Positions 13,721 to 25,847 of a stretch of 64,000 nt of DNA are shown piece after piece. Numbering within the stretch: the stretch's first letter is position 1; the number at the start of each line of letters is the position of its first letter. The notes beneath the pieces were generated by a model. It was not told the DNA's origin, ran no database searches, and was given only the letters and a program-made list of their open reading frames with translations. Position numbers and translations under genes: made by a program. Source of the DNA: Tricharina praecox (Eukaryota); assembly GCF_024521635.1 (NCBI RefSeq), contig NW_026250406.1, positions 434,001 through 498,000 on the forward strand, in the 5' to 3' direction.

Positions 13721-13807
13721 TCTCTGTTAGTATAGTGGTTAGTATTTCCGCCTGTCATACCAGATGATAGTCCGCGGGAGACCAGGGTTCAATTCCCTGA
13801 CAGAGAG
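13721..13807 (+). tRNA. tRNA-Asp(GTC) with 15-nt intron (13758..13772)
   Basis: Acceptor stem TCTCTGT/ACAGAGA, D-arm TAGTATAGTGGTTAGTA, anticodon stem TCCGC/GCGGG with CT-GTC-A and intron one base 3' of the anticodon, T-arm CAGGGTTCAATTCCCTG, downstream T-run. Confidence 0.95.
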
Positions 13808-14579
13808 TTGTCTCTTTTGCTTCCCGTTGCTTCCTCATCGGAGACTGTGACAGCAGCTCCCGGGAGGGAGTTGTTTCTGTGCTTTTGAGGCCTGGACCCG
13901 TGCGTGGGTGAACAGAAGGACGACAGCATCGTTGATCCATGTATATATAATACCAGTGCGATAATCTTCACACGTAAGTAGTGCGTGTGCGTGATGACCA
14001 ACTAAACTTCAGTGATCTCGTATGATTCTTCCCACACCCCTCTACATACTCCAGATACTGTGCCAGCAGTAGGAGTCGTTTCTTTGGAAGTTTTACTCGC
14101 GTAGCAGTCGTTTGTACGGGGGTGAAGTGAAGGATGATAACAACGTCCTCCATGATCCATGCACGCGCATCTTCGCAATGACTAAACTTCAGACTTCAGT
14201 GATCTCGTATGAATCATGAATCATGATTCTTCCCACACCCCTCTATGTACCTAGTACTCGTAACTCTATCATGGGATAGGTACTCTAGATAGTGAAAGCC
14301 AACCGTTCCAAGAAAATCCCAAAACTCCAAATAAACGACGGAAAGAATCCAGCCAGCCCTCCATAGTCCACTCCGGGCTGCGATAACACCCTCCACCCCG
14401 ACCTCCGCCCGCAAAGATGAAAGCAGTACTCCCAATTCCATTGCCATCCAGTCACGTCCTGTCCTGTCCCTTACCATCCAATCCCATCGTATCTCATCTC
14501 ATCCTATCCCATCCCATCCCATCCCCTCCCCTCCCATCCCTTCCCCTCCCATCCCATCAATCCCTCCCCCTCTTAAATA

Positions 14580-16522
14580 TCTTCAACCCACGCCCCTCCC
14601 TCCCCGCCTTCCCCCCCTCCGCCGCCGAGTGCCTTCTCTTAAACCCCCAAATCTTCTCGACAAACGCGAGCGGCGAGCGATGTCTTCTTCGCTCTCGCGG
14701 GAGCGCTGCGGGATGGGCTTCCAGCAGTAGTTGCGAGGCTTTCGACGAGATCGGCGAGAACGCCGATGTGCTGCTGGTCGAGACTGTGCGGTAGTGCGTG
14801 TGTGTCGGGTCGCGGGGGGGGGAGGAGGGAGGGGTGCGTGGTTGATTGGACGGGGAGGTGGACGTGCTGGAGCTGCTGGCCGCGGCGAGGAATGATGCCC
14901 CGCTGCTGCTTTTAGTTAGCTGTCATGTAGTGCGGGGTCGTGGGGTGTGGGGGGTGGTGGAGGGTTGTGTACTCGTCGTGATCACTATGATCGTCTTGCG
15001 CCTCCTCTTCAAGTACAATCTCCTGCACCGCCTCGAGACAGTTCTCATAGCCGTATCTGCTACAGCAGCGGCGCATGCCCTTCCGCCAGCACTCGGGAAA
15101 CTTCTCGTAGTCGTCGCTGCCGCAGCCTGCATCCCCATCCTCACCCTCCATATCCTCATCCACCCCCGCGAACTCGACTTCCTCCATCTCCACGCCCTCC
15201 TCGTTGTCGTCGTCGTGGTCACCGCAGAAGTGCCGCTGACTCCGCAAATTCTCGGCGGGGGCGGGTGCGGGCGGGAGTAGCAGCGTAGTTTTTGTTGCAA
15301 GCGGCGGGCAGGCGCTGGAGTGGGGGAAGCAGGGGTAGGATGCGGCGGTAAACAGGATCAGCTCCGTAGTAGGCTTGGTGGGCTTGGTGGGCGAGGAGGG
15401 GGCGGTGGTGATCCGACGGCGGTGCAGCGGCGGCTGCGGGAACGGAAGTGTAGCCTGCGTTGGTGACAAAGGCCGCTTTAGGTGTCCGTGCTGGCATGGT
15501 GATAGAGTTAGCTGTGAGAAGGTCGCGGTTATGGTCGTTATCGTGGGGTCTTCTGGCTTAGTGGTCTCGTTTGCAGGCGAGGAAGGGACAGCCGGGAGCT
15601 GCTTCGTCTTCGTCGAGTGCGCCGGCTCCGAGACTGTAGAGTGAGCTCGAAGCTGCCGGTGGCAGGTGTATATCCCCCAGATCTTGTCGAGCAACAGCTC
15701 TGGCTCCACGTCCCACGCAACCGAGCCCGACGGCACGTGCCAGCCCTTTGCGGCCCAGGCGAGGACGACAGCGTTGGTGGCGGAGGGAGTATCCATAGAG
15801 GAGCAGGAAGATTGTTTCGCAGCTGGTGATAGTGATGGTAGTGGTGGTGATGGTAGGACAGCCGTTTTGCGGTCGAGGGGTAGGCGGATTATAACTGTCA
15901 CCGACGCCGACGACGATACCGCTACCCCGCTGCATGCTTTGGCCATAACCGGAGGTACTGGTGGTGGAGTAGGAAGTGCCGAGATCGAAGTGGGCCGTGC
16001 ACCTGTCCGTGCCCGCCGTTGCGGCGATCGATATCGCGACATCGGTAGTTGTAGCGGTAACGATAGCGATAGTGGTGGGCTGAGGGCGAACCTCGTGGGC
16101 GATGTCGCGCCATCCGTAGGCTCAACAGTGCAAACGGCCTTCACCTCCTCCTCCTTCTCCCCAACATCTCCCTCCCCACCTCGTCCGGTGATCGGAGGAG
16201 AAGCGCAAATGGCAAGCCTTCGCGGCGGTGCTTCGATAGCAAAGAGGTGGCGCAACAATTCGGCTGGCGATAGCGGCTGCTGCGGGTATACCTGTCAACT
16301 TCGGGACAGCCAAGGCAAGTCAAGTCGGCATAGGATGTGAATGGATGTGACGGGCACTGCATGAAGTGTAAACTTCGGAGCGGGTAGGTTACTCACTGCA
16401 CTCCGCCTGTCAATGCTCAGGCGCGGACGCTCGAGGCCCAGCGGCATGCCCCATGGCGCGTAGTAGGGACGTCGGAAAGGGACGAGGCCGGTGGTGGTGC
16501 CGGGGCCGGTGGTGAGAGCCAT
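14580..16522 (-). CDS. Hypothetical Pro/Ser/Thr-rich protein; exon1 16522..16397, exon2 from 16291 through the long ORF, probable further intron near 14910-14972; 3' end approximate
   Basis: Phase-0 GTGAGT..CAG intron joins MALTTG..RRSA in frame to the 448-codon ORF. A GCTAAC branch point plus AAG/CAG at that ORF's end suggests a last exon. No recognisable domain. Confidence 0.5.
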
Positions 16523-17906
16523 GGCTGGCTGGCTCGGGGAGGAGGAGCGACGACACGGGCGAGAGCTTCGACGGAGAATAGAGCTGTCTTTCTTTCTTTT
16601 TTCCCACGATGCAGGTTCCCGCACACAGGTGACAGAAGCCGTGTGTAGAGTCTCGGTTTAATCCAGTGCAGTGCAGTTCAGTGCCAGTATTTTTCGCGGT
16701 TTTTCAGAGCAGAGAAATCGAAAGATTCATTTTTCACCTCCTGCAACAAGAGTAGCAGTAACAATCCCATGACCCGAGCTGGGGGGGAGGGGAGGAGAGG
16801 AAGTAGTGGCCATATCTATGATGCCGGTGATGCTGATGATTGTGATGGGGCGAGGTGACGTCGCGATGTCGCTGTGGTGCTGGTGGTGGTGCTGGTGGTG
16901 GTGCTGCGTCTTTTCTTTGCGTGGTGTGATCAGATCAGATGAAGTGACAAGTCTGGCCACCTCACTTGATCCCGGACGTGCGGGCGGGGCGTCACGTCAG
17001 ACGCGTTCGGGCGGGTGCGGGTGCGGGAGGAATCGGCTGAGGTAATGTAGAGGCAGAAATAGAGTGTGTAAATCGTGGAAACGCGAGAGAGAAAGAGAGA
17101 GAGAAGCTGGAGTGAATTGTCCATATAGAGTGGAGTATCTAGATTCTAGAGTATTGAGTGCTTTCTCTCATCCTCGCCCACAGCTCAGAGTCTCAGAAAT
17201 CTTCAGCGAACTGGTTACTGCACAGCATCGAATCGCCAAAGCAACGCAGAGCACCGTCACATCGCTAAGCGACGCTGCGACGCCAACGACAGCGCAGATC
17301 CCGGAAAATCTTCACGCCGGCTTCCACTTCCCCGGTACGTACCGTAGTTAGCTCCAGTTAGTTCCACCGCCCACGCGAGCTGCGCCATAAGCCATCACAT
17401 CGGACGGACCCTGATGAGGTCTTGAAAAGTGGTGCAGCCCGACCACGAAACGAACGAACGAACGGCAGCATGCGAGATCGCGAAGCAGCTCTGGCGATCT
17501 GCGCAGAATCCACGCTACGCTGCAGTAGAGGTGCTATAAACAGGCGAAACCGGGTCGGAGGACGGTGTCCGTTGGGAGTGCGACAAGTGGGAGGAGAAGA
17601 CCGGTGAGTGCGGTAGGTGGGTAGAGTACTATCGCGACGAAACGTGTTGTGCTCTCTTCTTTTTTTGTTTCGCATGGTCGGATGGGCGGAAGGTGGAAGG
17701 ACGGATGAACACAGACTTCAGTACAGGTGTGTATAAATTATTGTAGGTGTGTCAAACAGAGTGAAAATTTTCCAAACACATGCACACCGAGTATGAGTGG
17801 TGAGTATCTACCAGTCAGTTACATCCGGATCTCCTCCCACTGCCTCCCCCTCCTCCCACTGCCTCCACCCTCCCCCTTCCCCTTCCCCTTCCCCTCCATC
17901 ACCCAC

Positions 17907-18224
17907 CTAATACCTATAATCCTCCTCCTCCTCCCAGTACTCAGGCGCCTCCACTACCGTAGTATCGACCAAATCGCCATTGCGGTACTGCACGCGCTGA
18001 TTCCGCTCATCGACGGGTCGCTGGGAGTTGGCGATCGCGATCGCGCCCGAGCGCACCTTGTTCTGGATGCTGTCGACGTCGAAGGCCGCGGCGGCTTTGT
18101 TGGGGGCCGGGCGGCGCTGTGCTGGCCCCGCTGCTGGCCCCGCTGCTGGTCGTGGTACTGCGACTGCAATCGCCGTAGAAGCATATATGAGCGCGAGCAG
18201 CATGAAATATGGGTTGCACTGCAT
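17907..18224 (-). CDS. Small secreted protein, 105 aa, unknown function
   Basis: Hydrophobic signal (FMLLALIYASTAIAVAVP), PAAG repeats, acidic C-terminus, intronless ORF with GC-rich codons. Confidence 0.6.
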   Translation of the reverse strand: MQCNPYFMLLALIYASTAIAVAVPRPAAGPAAGPAQRRPAPNKAAAAFDVDSIQNKVRSGAIAIANSQRPVDERNQRVQYRNGDLVDTTVVEAPEYWEEEEDYRY

Positions 18225-21200
18225 GGTGGGTATTATGTTTGACTGGACTGGGCGGGCGCGCGTGTGGGGGCGGGTAGAGAGGGAATTATTGGGAGGGGGG
18301 AGGGGAGACCGCGGACGAGGGAGACGCGGGCTTTATGCCGCCGTCGCCCGGGCCGTTCCGGAGGGGATTGGGTGGAGGGAAGGAGGTGACAGGCGGAGAG
18401 AGAGAGAGTTTGGTTGCGCAAGCACACTCTCCACCACCACTACCGTAAACTCTGCGAGTCGAGGGGTGAACTCATTGCACACGTACGGACGACCCAGCTC
18501 GTCAATGCCGTTCGATCTTGGTGCCGAAGTCTGGACAGTTCCATGTACCAATACCAATACCAGTACCGTAGATACTCTAACTCCCGACGCTACCCCAGTA
18601 CCCTACATACGTGCTCCCGGTCATCGCGGACTCGCAGGGCTAGGTAGAGCTAGAGCCATTCCGCCGGAAAACTCTCGAGTCTATATACATAGATTGGAGA
18701 CGAAGAAGTCCGCATGCCAATGTATACCGGTACTAGGTACGGCAGGGCTACGTAGGGCTACATACGCAGGTCGCCTTGACTCGGAAGGAGTGAGTACGGT
18801 ACTGGTACTGCCGACCGCGGCAGACACACACACGTACAGTACTCTACGTAATCGATCGCGTTGAAACTCTCCTGGCGCGGCGCATCGCACTCCTACCTTA
18901 GGCAGGTATTGACGGCCCCTTCGCGTCGATACCGGTACGATTGAGCAATAAGCATTCGGGGCGGCGGACGCAATCGTCTTCTACCCGAGTAGAGCAGAGT
19001 AGAGCACATAGCAGGAATGACCCCTCGATACCTCGAAACCTAGCGAGGCCCTGCTCAACCACATCAGTGCGAAATCTCCTACCGGTATTCAATCTAGGTA
19101 GACCCTTCCCTGCTGTCGGAACTGCGATCCACTGGCGACCTCGTACTGGCGACCTACCCACCTACTCTCGCCACGAACTGATAGTTTCTGTCACGACTCC
19201 TTCTCCTAGGTACCATACTCCTAGCTACCCCTCAATCCACCGAACTCTACCTACAGAACTCTATGCCCCCCTCCAAACCTAATGACGTACCCACTCCCAC
19301 CGGCCCTCTAGTCCGCCTCACCCCGCCTCACACCCATCATGCTCCATCACTCGCCAGCAATCCCGCGACTTTCGCTTTTTCCATCGGCGGCGGTCAGGCA
19401 AGCAGTGGGCTTTATACTTTTTCCGCGCAGAACGGTGCGGAAAATAGTTCCGCTCGAAACTTGTTCGGTCGAAGGAGCGGCGATCATGACCTCACGATCA
19501 CCCAGAACAGAGTGCTCTGATTCGAACGCCGAAGGGATCACCGCGGCGGGTGTGTGGTGTGAGGGTTTAGGCGTGGGAGAGTGGTGTGAGAGGAGTGCGA
19601 GGAGTGAGTGCGAGGAGTGAGTGCGTAATCGAGCACGGAGACGACGAGCGGTGAAGGCTAACTATGGTGAACTTGAAGCTTGAGCTTGAGCTTCGTTGCG
19701 CACCGATATCCTTCTGGTCGGCACCATATGAATCTCTACTCTAAAGTTCGCGACTCAATCCACTGACTTCACCACAGTTCACAGTTCACAGTTCACGACT
19801 GCGGCGGGGAGGGTGGGCTCCCACTCAATCCGTTTATCGGCAACCGCACCTCCCACCCACCCGCCACCCACCCGTCACCCATCCGTCAACCGCGGTAAAC
19901 GGCATCATGCACCACGAAATATCACTCGATTCGAAACTTTCTGCGCAAAGGTCGAAGGAGGGGCACCCGCTATTTATGTTTCTCGTGGAAAATGCAAAAA
20001 TCAGTGTGCGGATGCGACTTCCGGTTGCGCTTGGAGCGGAGGAAAGTTCCGGAGGAAATGAAGAGTGACGAGTGATTGCGTAGAGGTGACGAGTCGAGGG
20101 AGGCTATCTAGACTGCCGCTCCGTCTGGGAGGTGCAGTAGGTACGGTAGATAGGTTTCTGGTAGGTTCGTCCAGACTCCAGCCTGGCATAGGTAGAGCTC
20201 GCGAGAACTTAGAAGGGCCAGTTTTCTCGAGCAACTAGAGAGTTTGCGCAGTTGCTCAAAAGATCGACAGATCAACGGTGTGCCAATCAAAGCAGCAACA
20301 CGTCTCGTCGGGGTTCTTCAATTCGATTTTCTGCATGTACTTCTTGTAGTAAATCCAGTCGTATCGCGAGTTCATTGATTTCACGTCTTTTTGGCTTTCC
20401 AATTTTCATCTGGAAGCGTACCTATCCAACCTCATCCTTTCGGTCTTTGGGTGGCATCCGACTCTTTTTTTCTGGGTTCCAGGCAATATCCTATGCACAA
20501 TCTGAGCATGACGGCATTCTAATTCTCGTTGACGGTGAACATGGGACGCGGCGACGGTTCATGGTGGTTGTTGGTGGTATTTGGTGGAAGGCTGGATTTG
20601 CGTTTTGTCTAGACGCAAATACCCTTGATCTGCGTCTGGACAAAACGCAAATTTCCAGATCCAGAGCGCCAGGAAAACAGGGTCACAGCCTGGTTTTTGC
20701 GTCTAGACGCAAAGCGCAAACTCTCTACTATACCCGCGATTCCGTACCATACATACTCCCTCCCTGGGCCTCGAATCCTCGTACCGTATATAGCCTCAGC
20801 CCTACCGAACCTTGTAATAGTTAGTATCAAACTCAAACTCAATCCGACCCCCGACTGCTCAATGGAGACGACGGAGACCTGCCTTTACTTGTTTCTCCGC
20901 CGCGAATTGACATGACGCGGAGTACACTTTGCTGATTCGCTCCCCTCGAGACTCGAACAGTAAGTTGTAGCTAAGTTCGCCGCGCAAAGTCTGGAAATAA
21001 TGTGAGTCGTCATCTGGATCCGCGCTGGTCCTGGGATCGGCAGGACGAAAGTCAGCCCACCGGAGTGCGAGTTGGGGGAGCGAGGGTGAGTCAGCACTCA
21101 GCAGTGGAGCGCTAGAGAGAATCCGCCCACCGCCAAGCTGGGGGAAGGCTGGCTTGTTGTTGTTGCTTGTTGTTGCGGGGACGGTGAGTCGGCGACGCAG

Positions 21201-22389
21201 TGGAGATTGTGCTGCGAGTCTGCGACGATATGTAGATTAGGTAGGCGGAGTGGAGTGGCGGTGCTCACTGTAAAACTTCTTTTCCACTATGCACTCGCCA
21301 CAGTACTCCGTTCGTCTGATCTCACTCCTGTGTGCTCTAATCACACGGCCGGAAATTTTGGGGCCCCCGGCCGTGTGAGTAGAGTACATAACCTCTTCGG
21401 CGGTCCCGCTCCCCCGCCCCCGCGCAGCCCCGCTGCTGACTGTACTCCAGGTACTCTAGAGACCCTGAAAACCATCACACCCATCCAGAGCCTCATATCA
21501 GCGACTCAGCGGCGCAACATGAGAGCAGTGCGCATGGTAGGTACTGCAATATATGTAGTACACCCCCGGGCCCCGGCTGGGCTGGAGAGGTTTCGGCTGG
21601 AGTAGAGTACCTAGAGAAACGTCTGATGTTCATGATAGATACCGTGTCTATCTACCGTACTCCAATCTCGAAGTAACTACTGGAGCCCATACTCAACGGC
21701 TCTCGAGACTCAGAGGCGTGTGTCCTTCCTTGCATTCGACACCTTCACCGGGTTGTCAATTCATCTTCTGCCGCTGTAGACTGTATGACACATTGACACC
21801 AGGCGTATCGCAAGGGCGCACTCGTTTAGCAGTACATACTGTGAGTCTGTGATGGATACAAGAACGGGTACATACGGGGGTGCCATACTCTATTCGACTA
21901 TCGTGAAGTGAATCATATCTACCCCCACCTACTTGTGCATAGAGTAGAATAGGTTATGGTTGCTATGGCTCATCCGCTAACATCCGCCCCTGCAACATGT
22001 GGCTCAGTCGCTTCGTCGACTAATAGCAAGGCCGAGATAGCGGATGCACTATGGATTGCAGGGGATAGGGGGTGTGATTCACTCGAGGCTGCCTGAGTAG
22101 AGTACCGAAGTCAGTCATCTCCGCGATGTTTGCGAGTTTGAAGGCGGGCGATGCAGAATGCACTCTGTTGACAGCAGTCATAACGGAAGAGTCACCAGCG
22201 GACTCCGTAGATTGAGCGGTCGTGTATATAAAGCGGACATTTCCTCTCATTCTTCTTTCTGTTTCGTTGTCTCTCTCTATTCCTCAGCTGCGGCGACGAC
22301 TACAGAGACGACTAAAATCGTAGCAAACGACGAGACAACAACGATTATCGTAGTTACATCGTTATTCGTGTGCCAAAGTCATTCACATC

Positions 22390-22941
22390 ATGTCTGGAAC
22401 CACTGCCGAACACTCAGCCCAGGAATCCTCCTCGTCAGAGGCGCTGTACTTCTGGAAACCAGACTCCCGTCTCGGCGGGTTCCTGAGCCAATGGACATCC
22501 AGCGCGTTCTCCGACGGACGGCACGAGTTCTCGAACGCGGAGCAATACATGATGTACCGCAAGGCGCTTCTATTCTCTCCCACGGGCGACTCTGACGCGG
22601 TCGTGCGGACGATCCTTGGCGAGTCCGATCCTCGGCGGATGCGCGCGCTCGGCCGGAAGGTCCGCGGCTTCGACCAGGCACTGTGGGATGCCGAGAAGTA
22701 TCAGATCGTCCTCGAGGGGAATCTCCTCCGCTTCCGGGGTAATCCCGAGTGTCGCGCGAAACTGCTCGCGACTGGCAGGAGAGAGCTGGTCGAGGCGAGT
22801 AGATATGATAGAGTCTGGGGTATTGGGTTTTCTGAGCTGCAAGCTCCGACTGTAGATCGCGCGAGGTGGGGTGAGAATTTGTTGGGGAAGGTTTTGATGG
22901 AGGTGCGCGATGTGCTGCTTGAGGAGAGTGGTGTGGAGTAG
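22390..22941 (+). CDS. NADAR (DUF1768/YbiA/RibX-like) family N-glycosidase, 183 aa, intronless
   Basis: Motifs LYFW..FLSQW, AEQYMMYRKALLF, LGRKVRGFD..W, LLATG.RELVEAS.YDRVWGIG, WGENLLGKVLMEVR. TATATAAA at ~22225. Confidence 0.93.
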   Translation: MSGTTAEHSAQESSSSEALYFWKPDSRLGGFLSQWTSSAFSDGRHEFSNAEQYMMYRKALLFSPTGDSDAVVRTILGESDPRRMRALGRKVRGFDQALWDAEKYQIVLEGNLLRFRGNPECRAKLLATGRRELVEASRYDRVWGIGFSELQAPTVDRARWGENLLGKVLMEVRDVLLEESGVE

Positions 22942-23671
22942 TTCTTCGGGTTGCGAGATGTCTGATGCAGTCGTGAATCTTGATGGCAGCTGGTTAAGTG
23001 GGATTGATGTTTGAAAAGAATCGCTCTCTGAACTTCTACCTATTTGCTTTACTGCATTTGCGAGCTATTCTTTTTTGTAGTATTCACATCACGAACTTGT
23101 ATCGTTTCAGCCTCTTCAAGCTGTGGTGTTGGAGCTTAGTCACTCGAATAAGCCTCCACCGCCACAGGCGTGATCAACAGCAGGAGCGTGACGATACATG
23201 AACCACACCGAAATAGAGCATATATTTTTGAACCGGACTACTCGTAGTTGAGAGCAGCCAATGCCGACCACTACAAGATAGAGGCTTATGTCAGTCAGCA
23301 TAGGTAACTCGTTCTAATGGTGCGATAGGCACATGCCCTTCATTATGGTTTTGGCCAGGCAACCTATCCGGGCCATCCCAGCGATTAAGGTTCGATGACT
23401 GGCGTAATGCAGGTACGGCTATCTGGATAAGGTATGCACTATCGCAAGACACGGAATAGTCTAGATTTAGCAGGCTTTGGATTGCTCGTTGGGCGACGAA
23501 AGTGAGATGTCCAACGTTTATCACATATGGTCGATGGACGGGAGGGGCATCCAGAGCAATCCTCCCTCCAACTCAGTTTTCCAGCCGTCCCTCCTCGACC
23601 AGCAGCCAATTCATATAAATGCAGCCCCAATCTCACCCGAGAATGGATTTTTTTCTTCACCCACGACCAAA

Positions 23672-24640
23672 ATGCAATTCATCTACGCCCTTCCTCTTGT
23701 CCTCCTCGGCCTCGGCCTCGGCCAGACCCATGCTGCTCCCACCCCCGTCATGCCTCACACTTCTGAGCCCTTCGCGCGCAGGATCCTCGAGGACACCTCC
23801 GCCGCTACCACTGAGCTCGATGACTCAATTCGCGCCGCCCTCGATATCGCTGGGCAAATCCCGGCCTTGATCTCGGCCGACGAAAGCGGATGGCTCACCA
23901 TCAAGGTTCCCGTTCCCGCCGCGATCACCGCGATTACCGAGCTCCCCATCACGCCGCTCACCATGGCTCCCAGCCCCGTCGCCGACGCGGAGACGCGCGC
24001 CGCAGCCCTGCAAGCCTTCACCACCGGCCCCAAGGGTAAGCTCTCCGTGATCCCTCGCGCGCCGTACCCTTTCGAGGGCGCCGACGGCAGCAAATTGAGA
24101 GCGGACTGGGTGAACGTCTTCCCAGACGGCAGGGAGGAAGCCGCAATCGACACGATTGTGCGGGAGATGACGGAGAAGGAGGACGAGGGTGCGAAAACTG
24201 GTTACAACTTGAAGTCTATAGAGAGGCAGAGGGCTAACATTGAACCGTCGGTAGCAGGTAAGGCGCCCGCTCTCATGAAGCGTGCCGACACCAACGAGGA
24301 CTGGTACGCAGACTCCGGCTCGGCGCCGATGAAGTTAGACGCGGAGTTCACCGACCTCGCGCCCCCAGGCGATAAGTTCCAGCACGCGGCGACCGCCACC
24401 GAGTATTACTACGGATTCGTGGGCAAGGGGGGCCGTGCTATGAATCAACCTGAGAGACGGGCTGTCACTGTCACTCCCGTCCGCGAGAGTGTCACTATCC
24501 TGGTCGGGCCTGGGGCCATCACTGGGGGTATGGAGGAGGTCCCTGTGGATGAGGTCCCTGTAGATGAGGAGCCCGTTATGGAGCCTGCGGGAAAGAAGAT
24601 TGGGGGGAAGATTGTGAGGGGCCGGAAGCCGCTTGCCTGA
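23672..24640 (+). CDS. Secreted hypothetical protein, ~322 aa, intronless
   Basis: Signal peptide MQFIYALPLVLLGLGLGQTHAAP. TATAAA at ~23614. Dibasic sites (RR, KR). Long GC3-rich ORF. Confidence 0.75.
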   Translation: MQFIYALPLVLLGLGLGQTHAAPTPVMPHTSEPFARRILEDTSAATTELDDSIRAALDIAGQIPALISADESGWLTIKVPVPAAITAITELPITPLTMAPSPVADAETRAAALQAFTTGPKGKLSVIPRAPYPFEGADGSKLRADWVNVFPDGREEAAIDTIVREMTEKEDEGAKTGYNLKSIERQRANIEPSVAGKAPALMKRADTNEDWYADSGSAPMKLDAEFTDLAPPGDKFQHAATATEYYYGFVGKGGRAMNQPERRAVTVTPVRESVTILVGPGAITGGMEEVPVDEVPVDEEPVMEPAGKKIGGKIVRGRKPLA

Positions 24641-25060
24641 AGAGGGGGATCAAGAGGCGGTGGTGTTCAGCCATAGTGCTGGGACTGGCCGGTGATTGTG
24701 GGTAGAGGCATGAGGAGCGGATGGAAACGCGGGTAATGGAAATTATGCTATTTCATTCGTCGTAGTTACTATGATTAATTAATAATTAATACTATGCCGA
24801 CTGATCGACAGACGAACTCGGTGACGGTGAAGTGACTGTGTGTGATTGAAACGATTAACAGGTGCCTAATAGCATGCAACATTTCCAGTAAACCAGCCAG
24901 TCATTACGGGAGGAGGAGGATGCAGCATGCACTACTACCACCACTACCTCGCCCACTACTTCTTTTTCCTCTCCCTCACCAGTCACGATCTATTGACATC
25001 CAGACCCGCAAGCCAGTAAAACTTGCACCGCAATAGCCCAGAAACAGACTTCCTCCATCA

Positions 25061-25225
25061 CCGGTAGTCGGTCAACCAGTAGTCGGCCAGCCAGTAGTCG
25101 GTCAACCAGTAGTCGGCCAGCCAGTAGTCGGTCAACCAGTAGTCGGCCAGCCAGTAGTCGGACAGCCAGTGGTCAGTCAGCCAATAGTCGGTCAGCCGGT
25201 AGTCGGCCAGCTGGTAATCGATCAG
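25061..25225 (+). repeat. 15-bp tandem array CCAGTAGTCGG(T/C)CA(A/G), ~11 units, alternating as a 30-bp higher-order repeat
   Basis: Directly visible; degenerates at its right end into the duplicated head block. Confidence 0.9.
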
Positions 25226-25550
25226 GATCCCTCAATCACCAGTAGTCGATCGACATTTGATGTTGTGCTGGTGGGGGGCAGGTATTTTTGACAGTTCGAC
25301 AGTAATCAGTGGCAGTGTTCGTTGGACGTCTTTCCATGTTCGCAGCGGGCAGGCAGCGGAGTTTCAATTCGTAGAAATATGACTGGTACGCATAGAACCT
25401 CAGATTCAGGTTACAGCATACCGATACATTGAAAGTGGTGAAGCCTGTCGTAGCCAGCGAGCTCCTGACAGCCCAGCCCGTGTTATTCAATCAAGCGGCG
25501 CGTGAGCCTGTGCAACCCCGCTAGCGACTGCGTGCCCTAGACCTAGAATA
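25191..25550 (+). repeat. Direct repeat copy 1 (head of ~2.4-kb cassette 1)
   Basis: Identical to 27603..27945 over 343 bp (offset 2412); near-identical for a further ~17 bp. Confidence 0.95.
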
Positions 25551-25847
25551 TGATCTTGCCCACCCCACAAACCCACCGCAACCACTTCTTCCTCTCCTTC
25601 CTCTCCTCCCTCTCCTTCCTCTCCTCTCTCTCTTTCCTCTATTTCCTTCTAACATCATCCTCTTCATCACGCCTCGGTGCGAAATTCCTATTACTCACTT
25701 TACTTTCTAAGCCCATGGCATGCGATGAAGATCATCGATTCAGAATCAATGATCTTCATTGCATCTACCTTCCTTTCCTTTCTCTTCCCCTCCAGCTTCA
25801 CCCGTCCTCTCACTTCCTTCCTATTCTCTCATTTCCTTCCTCTTCAT

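Noticed and set aside
14000..14250. Short duplication ctaaacttcag..tgatctcgtatga..ttcttcccacacccctcta
   Set aside because: Real, but only ~45 bp and with no supportable function.
25061..25225. Repeat arrays here and at 37640-37778 and 52969-53120 as possible CRISPR
   Set aside because: Head-to-tail tandem units with no unique spacers, eukaryotic context, and no cas genes.
25236..25490. Identical 84-aa minus-strand ORFs (also 27648..27902)
   Set aside because: By-product of the DNA repeat; non-ATG start and no domain.
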